A DNA stretch of 64,000 nt from Candidatus Cloacimonadota bacterium. Lineage in GTDB: Bacteria > Muiribacteriota > UBA6191. How positions within the stretch are numbered: position 1 is the stretch's first letter; each line of letters begins with the position of its first letter. Below are positions 10,804-19,734 of this stretch, piece by piece. A program made the position numbers and the translations under genes. The stretch is from contig JACFNL010000008.1 in the NCBI GenBank assembly GCA_019454875.1, forward strand, positions 1,567 through 65,566, given 5' to 3'. The notes below the pieces were generated by a model. It was not told the DNA's origin. It did no database searches and saw nothing but the letters and a program-made list of their open reading frames with translations.

Positions 10804-12077
10804 AATACATCCATAAAAGCAGAGACGGAAAATACCGCCTTTCCTGCTCCAACAGGCCCATAACCTATAGGTTCAGGCAATTGATACTTGCGAAATGTGT
10901 CGCGAAACTCCTGTAGAAGTCTACAAAAATACAGTAAGGGCGGAGCAGGCTGGGGGCCTAATTTTGCATGGGGTTCGGGACACCATGAGGTAAATCGAGG
11001 CATAATTCCTTTGGACATAAAAAACTCAAGCCCGGCTTTAGTTGAAGAAATTGCTTCCTCAACATCGGAATAGCCGTAGTTCTGATTCATCTCCACACCG
11101 GCTACAAAATTTGGAATGACACACTCAGGGCCAAAAACCTCAGCCGAATCTACAATCCTTGCAATCCATTCATCTCGGCCAATAACTCTGGTTTTTCCCG
11201 GACAAATCAGAGGAAAAAGTTTGGGATCCCATACCTCATAGTTTGGGTGATAGATCCGAACCCCGCTGTCTTTAAGAAGTTTACAGTCATCTCGGGTAAA
11301 GGCCTGAACTACAGCCTTGATTATCCAGCGATCTGAAAACTGTTCCTGAATGGCTTTTGCATAACGGGCATAAAAGGACACCTCTCCCTCACCCCGCAGA
11401 TTTTCAATGATGGAACCCCCGGTAATGGTCAGAGCCTTGGCTACCGTGTCCTCTTCCTTGATATACAATAGTGCTTCCAGAATTTCGGCTTCAGACTTGA
11501 CTGCTGTATAAGGTCGGCCCGCTTTTCTCTGCTGCTCATAATTGCGGTTCAAGTCACAGAACTGGCACTGTTCTTCACGATTAAAATACTGACACATGCG
11601 ATATACAGTCAGATAAATCAGATAACCCCATTCAATGACCGGGGCCACTTCACCTAAAGCCTTGCCATTGGACATTTGCCTTTTGTAATAAGCCGGAACC
11701 GGGTGGTACAAAACCTCGGAAATTTCTTCCTCCTCACAATAGAGGCGAAGCTGTCCCTCCTGTAAGCGAACCTGCCAGGGTGAATTTGGATTCACTCTTA
11801 CGGAAACAATGGTTGGCAAAAGATCACGGGAACCACCGCGAAACTGAATTTCCTCGGGAGCCCTGAGATGTTCCTCCTGCTGCATCTCAGCAATGGGAAT
11901 CAAATCAAAGGAGAATATGAAATAATCCTTAGGTTTATAACCAGAAGCAATTCTTAAGGAGTCTGGACTAAAGGACAGGCCTTCTCTTAGGATATCCTGT
12001 TTAAATACAGCTTCTATCGGAAGATCAGAAAATTGATCGGCTAGTTTGGATACGGATTCAAAATGTTTAAGCTTCAT
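10800..12077 (-). CDS. Cys-rich hypothetical protein, possible non-canonical radical-SAM/Fe-S enzyme (425 aa)
   Basis: Cys triad C162-x8-C171-x2-C174 (MCQYFNREEQCQFC) followed ~45 aa later by TITGGSIIEN (GGE-like SAM motif). 4-bp overlap with the PfaD start. Confidence 0.4.
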   Translation of the reverse strand: MKLKHFESVSKLADQFSDLPIEAVFKQDILREGLSFSPDSLRIASGYKPKDYFIFSFDLIPIAEMQQEEHLRAPEEIQFRGGSRDLLPTIVSVRVNPNSPWQVRLQEGQLRLYCEEEEISEVLYHPVPAYYKRQMSNGKALGEVAPVIEWGYLIYLTVYRMCQYFNREEQCQFCDLNRNYEQQRKAGRPYTAVKSEAEILEALLYIKEEDTVAKALTITGGSIIENLRGEGEVSFYARYAKAIQEQFSDRWIIKAVVQAFTRDDCKLLKDSGVRIYHPNYEVWDPKLFPLICPGKTRVIGRDEWIARIVDSAEVFGPECVIPNFVAGVEMNQNYGYSDVEEAISSTKAGLEFFMSKGIMPRFTSWCPEPHAKLGPQPAPPLLYFCRLLQEFRDTFRKYQLPEPIGYGPVGAGKAVFSVSAFMDVL

Positions 12078-12696
12078 TATGCAATTGAAAATGTCGGGCC
12101 ACTGCTGGCGGAATATTTAAAAACACGATTTTTGTATCAATCTGCCGCTCTTTTATAAAACCTTCTAATATTTGATTAACCTGAGTTCCGGTAGTTGACC
12201 CAATAAGTCTTGTAACAAGACTTCTGAGCTTTCGTACCCCAAGATATTCAAAATAACTAAGATACCCTTTTGGTTTTAAAAGCCGCATATAACTTTGCAA
12301 AATTGATTGCACTACTGGTGGTTCAAAATTGTTTAAGGGAAGTCCAGAAACGATATAATCAAAAGAAAGCCCTTCTTTAAGATGTTCCAGATAACAGCGT
12401 TTGATGTGAACCGTAACCCCAGTTAATGACTGTTTCCAAACAGTCTGGCGTTTTTCCTCTAAAATTTCACAAAAACGGGGATTTGCCTCTACCAGCCACA
12501 ATTCATCTCCTGGCACAAGATTCATGATGATCCGATTTGTCACCGCACCGGTTCCAGGTCCAACTTCAAGAATTGCCTTATTACCCTGATGTTTTTTTAA
12601 ACGCCAGATCAAGGCATCAGCCAGAAACTGTGATGATGGAAAGAGGGAGCCTACTTCTTGGCGATTCTGCCCAAACTGTCTGATAAAATCCAGCAA
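12067..12696 (-). CDS. class I SAM-dependent methyltransferase (209 aa)
   Basis: Motif I ILEVGPGTGAVT; overall small-MTase fold pattern. Confidence 0.65.
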   Translation of the reverse strand: MLDFIRQFGQNRQEVGSLFPSSQFLADALIWRLKKHQGNKAILEVGPGTGAVTNRIIMNLVPGDELWLVEANPRFCEILEEKRQTVWKQSLTGVTVHIKRCYLEHLKEGLSFDYIVSGLPLNNFEPPVVQSILQSYMRLLKPKGYLSYFEYLGVRKLRSLVTRLIGSTTGTQVNQILEGFIKERQIDTKIVFLNIPPAVARHFQLHNEA

Positions 12697-12706
12697 AAAT
12701 GACTCC

Positions 12707-14173
12707 TTAATACCCTTTTATTAATGCACTGTACAACTGCTGATATACATGGGCCGATTTTTCCCAGGAAAAATCCGTGCGCATGCCTCTTTGTTGTACC
12801 ACATACCGTACTTCAGGGTAATTGTACAGACCAAGAGCCCTGTCCACAGCATTTAAAAATGCCTCTCTACTGTATTGATGAAACACATATCCGTTTCCGT
12901 TATCTGGATGTTCGTCACAATCAAAAACGGTATCAGCCAGACCACCAGTAGAAAAGACAATGGGAATAGTTCCATAACGGAGGGAATACATCTGATTCAA
13001 TCCACAGGGTTCATAACGCGAAGGCATGAGAAAATAATCAGAAGCTGCCTCAATCAGGTGGGCCAGGGTATTGTCATATTTGATAAAAGCCCTGACCTGC
13101 CGGGGATACTTTGACTCAAAATACTTCAGTGAATTGGCAAACTGCTGCTCACCTGAGCCAAGCACAACAATCTGAGTGCCCTTGGCCAGAATTTCTTCAA
13201 ATGCACTTTCCAGAAGTCGAATACCCTTCTGTGCAGCAAATCGGGCTACAATTCCCATGAGGGGAACATGTTTCCAAAAAGGTAGTCCAAGAGATTCCAG
13301 AAACTTCTGTTTTAAAATCTCCTTGTTTCCCATTTCATCGGCTGAATAATTATACCCACCCAGATGCGGATCTGTTGCCGGGTTCCATTCATCCATGTCA
13401 ATACCATTCAGAATTCCAAAAATACGATTGGAACGGGCCTGTAATACATATTCCATACCACATCCATATTCAGAACCCTGAATCTCCCAGGCATAGGTCG
13501 GGGAAACTGTCGTGATAAAATCACTGTATTGAAGTCCAGCCTTAAGATAGGATGAAGAACCATGCATTTCCATACCGTCAAAGCGCATTACTGAATCTGA
13601 AAGATCAAACTTGCGATGAATGGTGGGCCCAAACCAGCCCTGATAGGCCAGATTATGAATGGTAAACACAATTTTAGTCCCATAAAAAAATGGGTCCTGG
13701 GCATATTTTAATCGAAGAATTGGCCCTAAAATTCCGGTCTGCCAATCATTGATATGAATAATATCAGGCTTCCAGTTCTCTATTTTACACATCAATAAAG
13801 CCGCTTCACACAGGTAGGCAAACCTCTCATCGTTATCACCAAAATCACCATGGGAATCCCCGTAAATGCCGTCCCTGTGATAATAGTGAGGTTGATGAAC
13901 CAGATATCGTTTCACCCCGTTGACATGATGGTATACCAGTGTTCCATCCACCTTCCATCCTGAGATGTGAATATGAAAATCAGCCCCTTTTTCCAGGTTT
14001 TTTGCCTTGGCAAAACTATAAAAAGGTAATACGGTTCTGACTTCTTCGCCTACTCTTGCGAGCGCGTCCGGGAAGGCCCCGGCTACATCGGCAAGACCGC
14101 CACTTTTGCAATAGGGCACCATCTCAGACGCAATGAATAGAACTTTTGCCATTGATTCACTCCTTAAGGGCAT
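12707..14173 (-). CDS. glgA: glycogen synthase (ADP-glucose type)
   Basis: N-terminal KVLFIASEMVPYCKSGGLADVAGAFP is the GlgA signature; 488 aa. Confidence 0.9.
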   Translation of the reverse strand: MPLRSESMAKVLFIASEMVPYCKSGGLADVAGAFPDALARVGEEVRTVLPFYSFAKAKNLEKGADFHIHISGWKVDGTLVYHHVNGVKRYLVHQPHYYHRDGIYGDSHGDFGDNDERFAYLCEAALLMCKIENWKPDIIHINDWQTGILGPILRLKYAQDPFFYGTKIVFTIHNLAYQGWFGPTIHRKFDLSDSVMRFDGMEMHGSSSYLKAGLQYSDFITTVSPTYAWEIQGSEYGCGMEYVLQARSNRIFGILNGIDMDEWNPATDPHLGGYNYSADEMGNKEILKQKFLESLGLPFWKHVPLMGIVARFAAQKGIRLLESAFEEILAKGTQIVVLGSGEQQFANSLKYFESKYPRQVRAFIKYDNTLAHLIEAASDYFLMPSRYEPCGLNQMYSLRYGTIPIVFSTGGLADTVFDCDEHPDNGNGYVFHQYSREAFLNAVDRALGLYNYPEVRYVVQQRGMRTDFSWEKSAHVYQQLYSALIKGY

Positions 14174-15627
14174 TCAATCTGGTATTTTTCCCGCAACAAA
14201 GATTTCAAAATCTCATTTACCTTGCCAGGATTGGCCTTGCCTCTGGTTTCTTTCATAATCTGACCAACCAGAAATCCAAATGCCTTCATCTTGCCGGCCT
14301 GCATATCATGGACCGATTGTGAGTTGTTTGTCAAAACTGCCAGAATAATTTCCTGAATCTGGGAATCATCAGAAATTTGTGTGAGACCACGGCTTTTGAC
14401 AATCGATTCCGGTTCCGATCCTTCTTTGTACATTTCTTCAAAAACATCCTTGGCAATTTTTCCGGAAATCACACCCGAATCAATCAGATAAACGAGTTTG
14501 CCTAAATGGGATGCCTTGATTTTACAATCGCGAATGGGTAACAGATCCTTGTTTAACTCTCGAAGCAGTTCCGATAGAATCCAGTTGGAAATTGATACCG
14601 GGTTATTATGAGAGCGAACCGCTTCTTCAAAATAGTCACTCAATTCCCGATCCTCAGCCATCAGCCTGGCATTATAAGCAGGGATCTGATAGGTCTTTAT
14701 AATTCTGTCTACCTTTTTATCGGGAAGTTCAGGCAACAACTGTGAAACTTCTTGAATCATATCTTGCGTGATATGAACCGGGGGTAAATCCGGTTCAGGA
14801 AAATAGCGGTAGTCATCGGCATTTTCCTTGGTACGCATGACTCTGGTTTCACCTTTTACATCATCCCAAAGCATGGTCTGCTGCAAAATTCTCTGATCCC
14901 TTTTTATCTGCCTTACCTGCCGCTTTTTTTCATATTCAAGGGCTCTTACTACGGAGCGAAAAGAATTCATGTTTTTGATTTCTACCTTGGTTCCGAATTT
15001 CTCAGTACCAACAGGTCGAACCGAAACATTCACATCACAGCGCAGTGAGCCATTTTCCATATCACAGTCAGATACCCCAATGTAGCGCATGATAAGTTTT
15101 AACTTTTCAAGATAGGCTCTGGCCTCTTCCGGTGTTCGCATATCTGGTTCAGATACAATTTCTAAAAGAGGTACACAGGCTCGGTTGTAATCCACTAGGG
15201 TTTCCCCGTTTTCAGCGTGCAAAGATTTTCCCGCATCTTCTTCCATGTGGATTCTGGTGACCCCAATTAGCCTTTCACTGCCGTCTTCCAGTTCAATACG
15301 GATACGGCCTCTTTCTCCAATTGGCTTATCAAACTGGGATATCTGGTAGGCTTTGGGTAAATCCGGGTAAAAATAGTGTTTTCTGTCAAACTTGGTTTCT
15401 TTGGTGATATCACATTCCAAAGCCATGCAGGCCTTCATAGCGTATTGTAATACATTCTGGTTTAACACAGGCAATACCCCGGGAAGCCCCATACACACCT
15501 CGCACACATGGGTATTGGCCGGTTTGTTGGAATAGTCTGTCGAGCAGTTACAAAAAATTTTGGTTTTTGTATTGAGCTGCACATGGACTTCAAGTCCAAT
15601 TACTGTCTCAAATTCTTCTTGGCTCAT
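14164..15627 (-). CDS. gatB: Asp-tRNA(Asn)/Glu-tRNA(Gln) amidotransferase subunit B
   Basis: FETVIGLEVHVQLNTKTKIFC N-terminus, 487 aa; overlaps the gatA stop. Confidence 0.9.
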   Translation of the reverse strand: MSQEEFETVIGLEVHVQLNTKTKIFCNCSTDYSNKPANTHVCEVCMGLPGVLPVLNQNVLQYAMKACMALECDITKETKFDRKHYFYPDLPKAYQISQFDKPIGERGRIRIELEDGSERLIGVTRIHMEEDAGKSLHAENGETLVDYNRACVPLLEIVSEPDMRTPEEARAYLEKLKLIMRYIGVSDCDMENGSLRCDVNVSVRPVGTEKFGTKVEIKNMNSFRSVVRALEYEKKRQVRQIKRDQRILQQTMLWDDVKGETRVMRTKENADDYRYFPEPDLPPVHITQDMIQEVSQLLPELPDKKVDRIIKTYQIPAYNARLMAEDRELSDYFEEAVRSHNNPVSISNWILSELLRELNKDLLPIRDCKIKASHLGKLVYLIDSGVISGKIAKDVFEEMYKEGSEPESIVKSRGLTQISDDSQIQEIILAVLTNNSQSVHDMQAGKMKAFGFLVGQIMKETRGKANPGKVNEILKSLLREKYQIECP

Positions 15628-17129
15628 AAATGGTTTCCTTTAAGCATTACTTCCATAGCCTGAGCATAGGTAAACAACTGGTCTTCTTTAAGGGCAGGCG
15701 TAATGAGCTGAATACCAACCGGCAACTGATTTGTGGTTCTAGGCACGGGTATAGAGATAGCTGGTAATCCCGCAATACTCACGGGAACTGTGCAGATATC
15801 AGCCAGGTACATGGCCATAGGATCTTCAGTTTTGGCCCCTAGTGAAAATGGTGGGAAAGGTGAGGTTGGAGTCAGAAGTACATCACATTGAGTGAAGGCA
15901 TGATCAAAATCCTGGCGAATGAGAGTACGCATTTTCTGGGCTTTTAGATAAAATGCATCGTAATACCCTTCGGAAAGTACATAGGTACCAAGAATGATTC
16001 TTCTTTTAACCTCTGCTCCAAACCCCAGACTGCGATTCTTAAGGTACAAATCATCAAGATTTCCACCCTCATGCAGGCGAGGCCCGTACCGCACTGAATC
16101 GTAGCGGGCAAGATTAGAAGAAGCCTCGGCTGAAGATAAAATGTAATACACAGGAAGACAGCGGTTCACCAGTTTAAGAGAAACAGAAACTACCCTGGCT
16201 CCCATTTTTTTCAAATTCTGTATGGTCTGATCCATAGCCTCAGAAACTTCTTTATCTATACCCTCTCCCATAAACTCTTCTGGTACTCCCACAACCAGAT
16301 CGGCAAGGCTTCCCGTATCTTTTTTAAGTGGGGTCCACTTTGGGGTATGGGTCAGACTGGTGGCATCCTGATTATCTTTTCCGCTAATAACCTGATGAAC
16401 AAGCATGGCATCCTCAACACACAGAGCCAGAGGACCAATCTGGTCAAAAGAAGAAGCAAAGGCCACCAGACCCCGTCGAGAAACCGTGCCGTAGGTTGGT
16501 TTTAAACCCACCACGGAACAGAAAGATGCAGGCTGACGAATAGAACCACCTGTATCAGAACCCAGAGCCACTGTACAAAACCCGGCGGCCACTGCCGCAG
16601 CACTGCCTCCCGATGAACCACCAGGAACCAGATTTCGATTTAATGGATTTTTTACCGGTCCATAGGCTGAATTTTCATTGGAAGAACCCATGGCAAACTC
16701 ATCACAGTTTAGTTTGCCCATGATGATGGCCCCTGCTTCCCTGAGCCGTTTTACAACCGTTGCCTCATAAACAGGCGAAAAACCTTTAAGAATTTTACTG
16801 GCACAGGTAGTTGTCATTCCATGTACATGGATATTGTCCTTGATTCCGGCAAACACCCCTTCAAGCTCGCGCATGGCCCCGCCACTATTAAGCCTTTGAT
16901 CAGAAGCTTTGGCATCTAAAATCACCTGATCAGGATCAATGGATAAAAAAGCATTGATATCGGGATTGTGTTTTTGGATGGCATCAAGATATTGTCTGGC
17001 CAGAGATTCACAAGTAAGAGTCTTACCCTTTAACCCAGCCTGTATTTCACTTATTGTCAGTCGATTGGCCTGCATCGGTTCTCCTCTGCCCTTAAGGGCA
17101 TCCTGAAAAGCCGAGGCATTATAACTCAA
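15624..17129 (-). CDS. gatA: Asp-tRNA(Asn)/Glu-tRNA(Gln) amidotransferase subunit A (amidase signature)
   Basis: GGSSGGSAAAVAAG amidase signature; 501 aa; immediately upstream of gatB. Confidence 0.9.
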   Translation of the reverse strand: MSYNASAFQDALKGRGEPMQANRLTISEIQAGLKGKTLTCESLARQYLDAIQKHNPDINAFLSIDPDQVILDAKASDQRLNSGGAMRELEGVFAGIKDNIHVHGMTTTCASKILKGFSPVYEATVVKRLREAGAIIMGKLNCDEFAMGSSNENSAYGPVKNPLNRNLVPGGSSGGSAAAVAAGFCTVALGSDTGGSIRQPASFCSVVGLKPTYGTVSRRGLVAFASSFDQIGPLALCVEDAMLVHQVISGKDNQDATSLTHTPKWTPLKKDTGSLADLVVGVPEEFMGEGIDKEVSEAMDQTIQNLKKMGARVVSVSLKLVNRCLPVYYILSSAEASSNLARYDSVRYGPRLHEGGNLDDLYLKNRSLGFGAEVKRRIILGTYVLSEGYYDAFYLKAQKMRTLIRQDFDHAFTQCDVLLTPTSPFPPFSLGAKTEDPMAMYLADICTVPVSIAGLPAISIPVPRTTNQLPVGIQLITPALKEDQLFTYAQAMEVMLKGNHL

Positions 17130-17134
17130 TTGAT

Positions 17135-17911
17135 TCAGATTTCGTAGAAGATAAGATCCTGTTCTTCACCGATGCCGGATTCGCCCACACTAGGCCTGTC
17201 GAGCTTGGAAAGTTTTTCCTGGGAATATGGTCTTTCAAAGTATTGGGGCAAATACCATACCTTCTGGTGCTGAATAGCCCGAAACAGGCCTTCCTGCACT
17301 TCCTGGTAAAACAGGCACTGGGCATAATACTTGAGATTTTTTTCCAGAAGTTTTAGCTGCAAGGGAGAAGCTTTGGCAATCAGGGACATCAAAACTGGTA
17401 AAAGACTTTGTCTGTTCTCTTTTAAGAGGGTCAAAAACGCAGCAATTACCACACAGTTATTCGAATCCTGAAGGTACTGAAGCAACTGAAAAGTAAAACA
17501 GTGAGAATCCATCCAGCCCATAAGGATTGCAGCCACAATTCTATCATTACAGCCCTTGCTGCCCCTCAACTCAGAGATGACGGAAATCAGTTCGGACTGG
17601 GGGAAACTTCCACAATGCCTGGCTACATGAAAACGGATATCTCCACTTTCGTTGCGATCAAGAAGAATACTTCTAAATGCATTCCAGCTCTCGGATCCTG
17701 AAAATAATTCAGCGATCAGAACTACACATTTAAGCCGTATTACCTGCCGTCTGTGGGACAATCCCTGCTTTAAAATCTCCAGAGCTTCTTCTCCGAGATA
17801 CAATAAAGCCTCTCTGTCCTCAATAATCTCCTCAACATCAGGCAGATTGGTTTCGCAATCCAACGCACTGTCGTCTTCGAGAAAGTCACAGAGGTTTATA
17901 ATATTATTCAT
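17135..17911 (-). CDS. HEAT-repeat-like hypothetical protein (258 aa); first gene of the gatAB-glgA operon
   Basis: Repeated helical units (DIRFHVARHCG, NDRIVAAILMGW). Not GatC (too long, no GatC motifs). Confidence 0.45.
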   Translation of the reverse strand: MNNIINLCDFLEDDSALDCETNLPDVEEIIEDREALLYLGEEALEILKQGLSHRRQVIRLKCVVLIAELFSGSESWNAFRSILLDRNESGDIRFHVARHCGSFPQSELISVISELRGSKGCNDRIVAAILMGWMDSHCFTFQLLQYLQDSNNCVVIAAFLTLLKENRQSLLPVLMSLIAKASPLQLKLLEKNLKYYAQCLFYQEVQEGLFRAIQHQKVWYLPQYFERPYSQEKLSKLDRPSVGESGIGEEQDLIFYEI

Positions 17912-18029
17912 AGAAATCCCCTAAGGATCCCGCCGGCTACTTCCGGTCCAGGACGGCTACAGAATCGAACTGTAACACGGAGGATGATCCCTTGGCAATA
18001 GGGTAAAAATCTTCATTTTTAGAGCACAC

Positions 18030-18053
18030 AAACCCTGATTTAATCAAGGGTTT
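18030..18053. promoter_or_regulatory. inverted repeat AAACCCT-N10-AGGGTTT in the divergent fabI / gatAB-operon intergenic region (candidate operator)
   Basis: Perfect 7-bp arms seen directly in sequence. No flanking T-tract on either strand, so not a terminator. Confidence 0.3.
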
Positions 18054-18205
18054 CAAAGAAAATATGCCTTTAAATACTGGCTTGAGGCCATGATTTGTTC
18101 TTGTTTATTTTTGTTGGTTCTTGCAGACTTGTCCGTGCTTTGATCAAATTTGTCTTGTCGGCCTTTCTCATGGTATACAGACATGAAAAATCTAAGGGAG
18201 AGAAA

Positions 18206-18967
18206 ATGCTTCAGGGAAAAAAAGGAATCATATTCGGGATTGCTAATGACAAAAGTATTGCCTGGGGTTGTGCCCGCTCCATCAAAGCCCTTGGGGGCGA
18301 GTTCGGTATTACCTATGCCGGGGACATAATGGAAAAACGGGTTCGACCATTAGGTGAAGAGATCGGGGCCGGTTTTATTGAAAACTGTGACCTGACCAAA
18401 GAAGATGATATTGCCCGGGTGATGGAAAAAGCCTCACAAACCTATGGAAAAATTGATTTTTTAATTCATTCCGTGGCTTATGCCAGTAAAGAAGCCCTGT
18501 CCAACCCTGATATTTCTTCGGTGAGTCTTGAGGCCTTCAGTGAAGCCCTGACTATTTCTGCCTGGACATTTATAGCAATGGCCAAACATGCAAAACCCAT
18601 CCTGAATCCTGGCTCAAGCCTAGTAACAATGACCTATTACGGTGCACAGCGGGCCATACAGAACTATGGACTGATGGGAGTAGCTAAAGCGGCTCTTGAA
18701 GCTGAGGTTCGTTATCTTGCCAATGAATTTGGAGCCACCGATACAAGGGTAAATGCCATTTCTGCAGGAGCAATCCGTACCCTTGCTGCCTCAGGTATTA
18801 AGGGGTTTCGTGACATGCAGACCATAGCTGCTGAAAAATCGGCTATCAAAAGGGCTGTTACCTCTGAGGAAGTAGGAGATACTGCCGCATTTCTAGTCGG
18901 GCCATTAAGCACAGGTATTACTGGCCAGATTTTGTTTGTGGATATGGGTTACAGTGCCAATGGCTGA
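18206..18967 (+). CDS. fabI: enoyl-ACP reductase (NADH), FabI
   Basis: MLQGKKGIIFGIANDKSIAWGCARS N-terminus is typical of FabI. Start moved from 18095 to the ATG at 18206, which is preceded by AAGGGAGAG. Confidence 0.85.
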   Translation: MLQGKKGIIFGIANDKSIAWGCARSIKALGGEFGITYAGDIMEKRVRPLGEEIGAGFIENCDLTKEDDIARVMEKASQTYGKIDFLIHSVAYASKEALSNPDISSVSLEAFSEALTISAWTFIAMAKHAKPILNPGSSLVTMTYYGAQRAIQNYGLMGVAKAALEAEVRYLANEFGATDTRVNAISAGAIRTLAASGIKGFRDMQTIAAEKSAIKRAVTSEEVGDTAAFLVGPLSTGITGQILFVDMGYSANG

Positions 18968-19734
18968 ATGTTTTTTAAAATCTCTGTGTAGACTCTTTTA
19001 GGAGAGGGAATACAATAGAGGCAGAATTCTTCGGAGGGGGCCACTGTGTTTCTTGACTGGGAAAACCCCACACTGCCCCCTGCTGCCACCGGACCGATAC
19101 CAGCTCCAGCAGCCATAGACGCATTGGAACCCATGTTTCCCATTCCTAACTGCGAAGCAGTGATAGGAACTATGGTTCCAAACCCAAAAAACCGGCCCAA
19201 AAGGCTTCTTTGTAACACCAGATCCTGAATACGATTGATAAAAAATGTTCGTTCGTTGCCACCTAAAATTCCCGAGCGAATGATAATTCTTAAATTGGTA
19301 ATAATATAACGGGTATGGTTCAGGCTTAATACGGTAAACAAAATCCCGAGTATACCAATAAGAATCAAAAGTCTGAATTCCAGATCAGCCACTTCGGGCA
19401 AAGCCGTGGCACTCCCATATACACTAAAAAGACAGATACAGTGAATCAGCAATACTTTTGGTCTAATTTTAATCAGGGACAGAATCAGACTGTGAATAAA
19501 CAATAGTCCATAGGCCAGAACAACCCGGGGCAAGGAGTTTAAAAATTTCAATACCGGGGTAAGCACTGGAAAAAAGCTCATTGCCCCTTCTATAAACAGG
19601 GATAGTTTGTCCTCTGCCAGCCAAAACAAAAGCCCAAGAACCACATAAGGAACAAAACCCCAGGTTTCTTTGAAAGACAAAAACCAATGTGGATGTAAAT
19701 CAAAAAGTACAGTTTCTGATTCCAGGGTTTGCAT
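18949..19734 (-). CDS. polytopic membrane protein, hypothetical (261 aa)
   Basis: Several hydrophobic helices; Gly/Ala-rich C-terminal tail. Last gene of the glycan array; convergent overlap with the fabI stop. Confidence 0.45.
   Translation of the reverse strand: MQTLESETVLFDLHPHWFLSFKETWGFVPYVVLGLLFWLAEDKLSLFIEGAMSFFPVLTPVLKFLNSLPRVVLAYGLLFIHSLILSLIKIRPKVLLIHCICLFSVYGSATALPEVADLEFRLLILIGILGILFTVLSLNHTRYIITNLRIIIRSGILGGNERTFFINRIQDLVLQRSLLGRFFGFGTIVPITASQLGMGNMGSNASMAAGAGIGPVAAGGSVGFSQSRNTVAPSEEFCLYCIPSPKRVYTEILKNIQPLAL

Noticed and set aside
17119-17325. 68-aa ORF considered as a possible gatC upstream of gatA
   Set aside because: Cys/Arg-rich, no GatC-like sequence, and it overlaps the 258-aa HEAT-like gene in another frame.
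18030-18053. AAACCCT-N10-AGGGTTT hairpin considered as an intrinsic terminator
   Set aside because: No U-tract follows on either strand, and it lies upstream of both divergent genes. It is kept only as a candidate operator.
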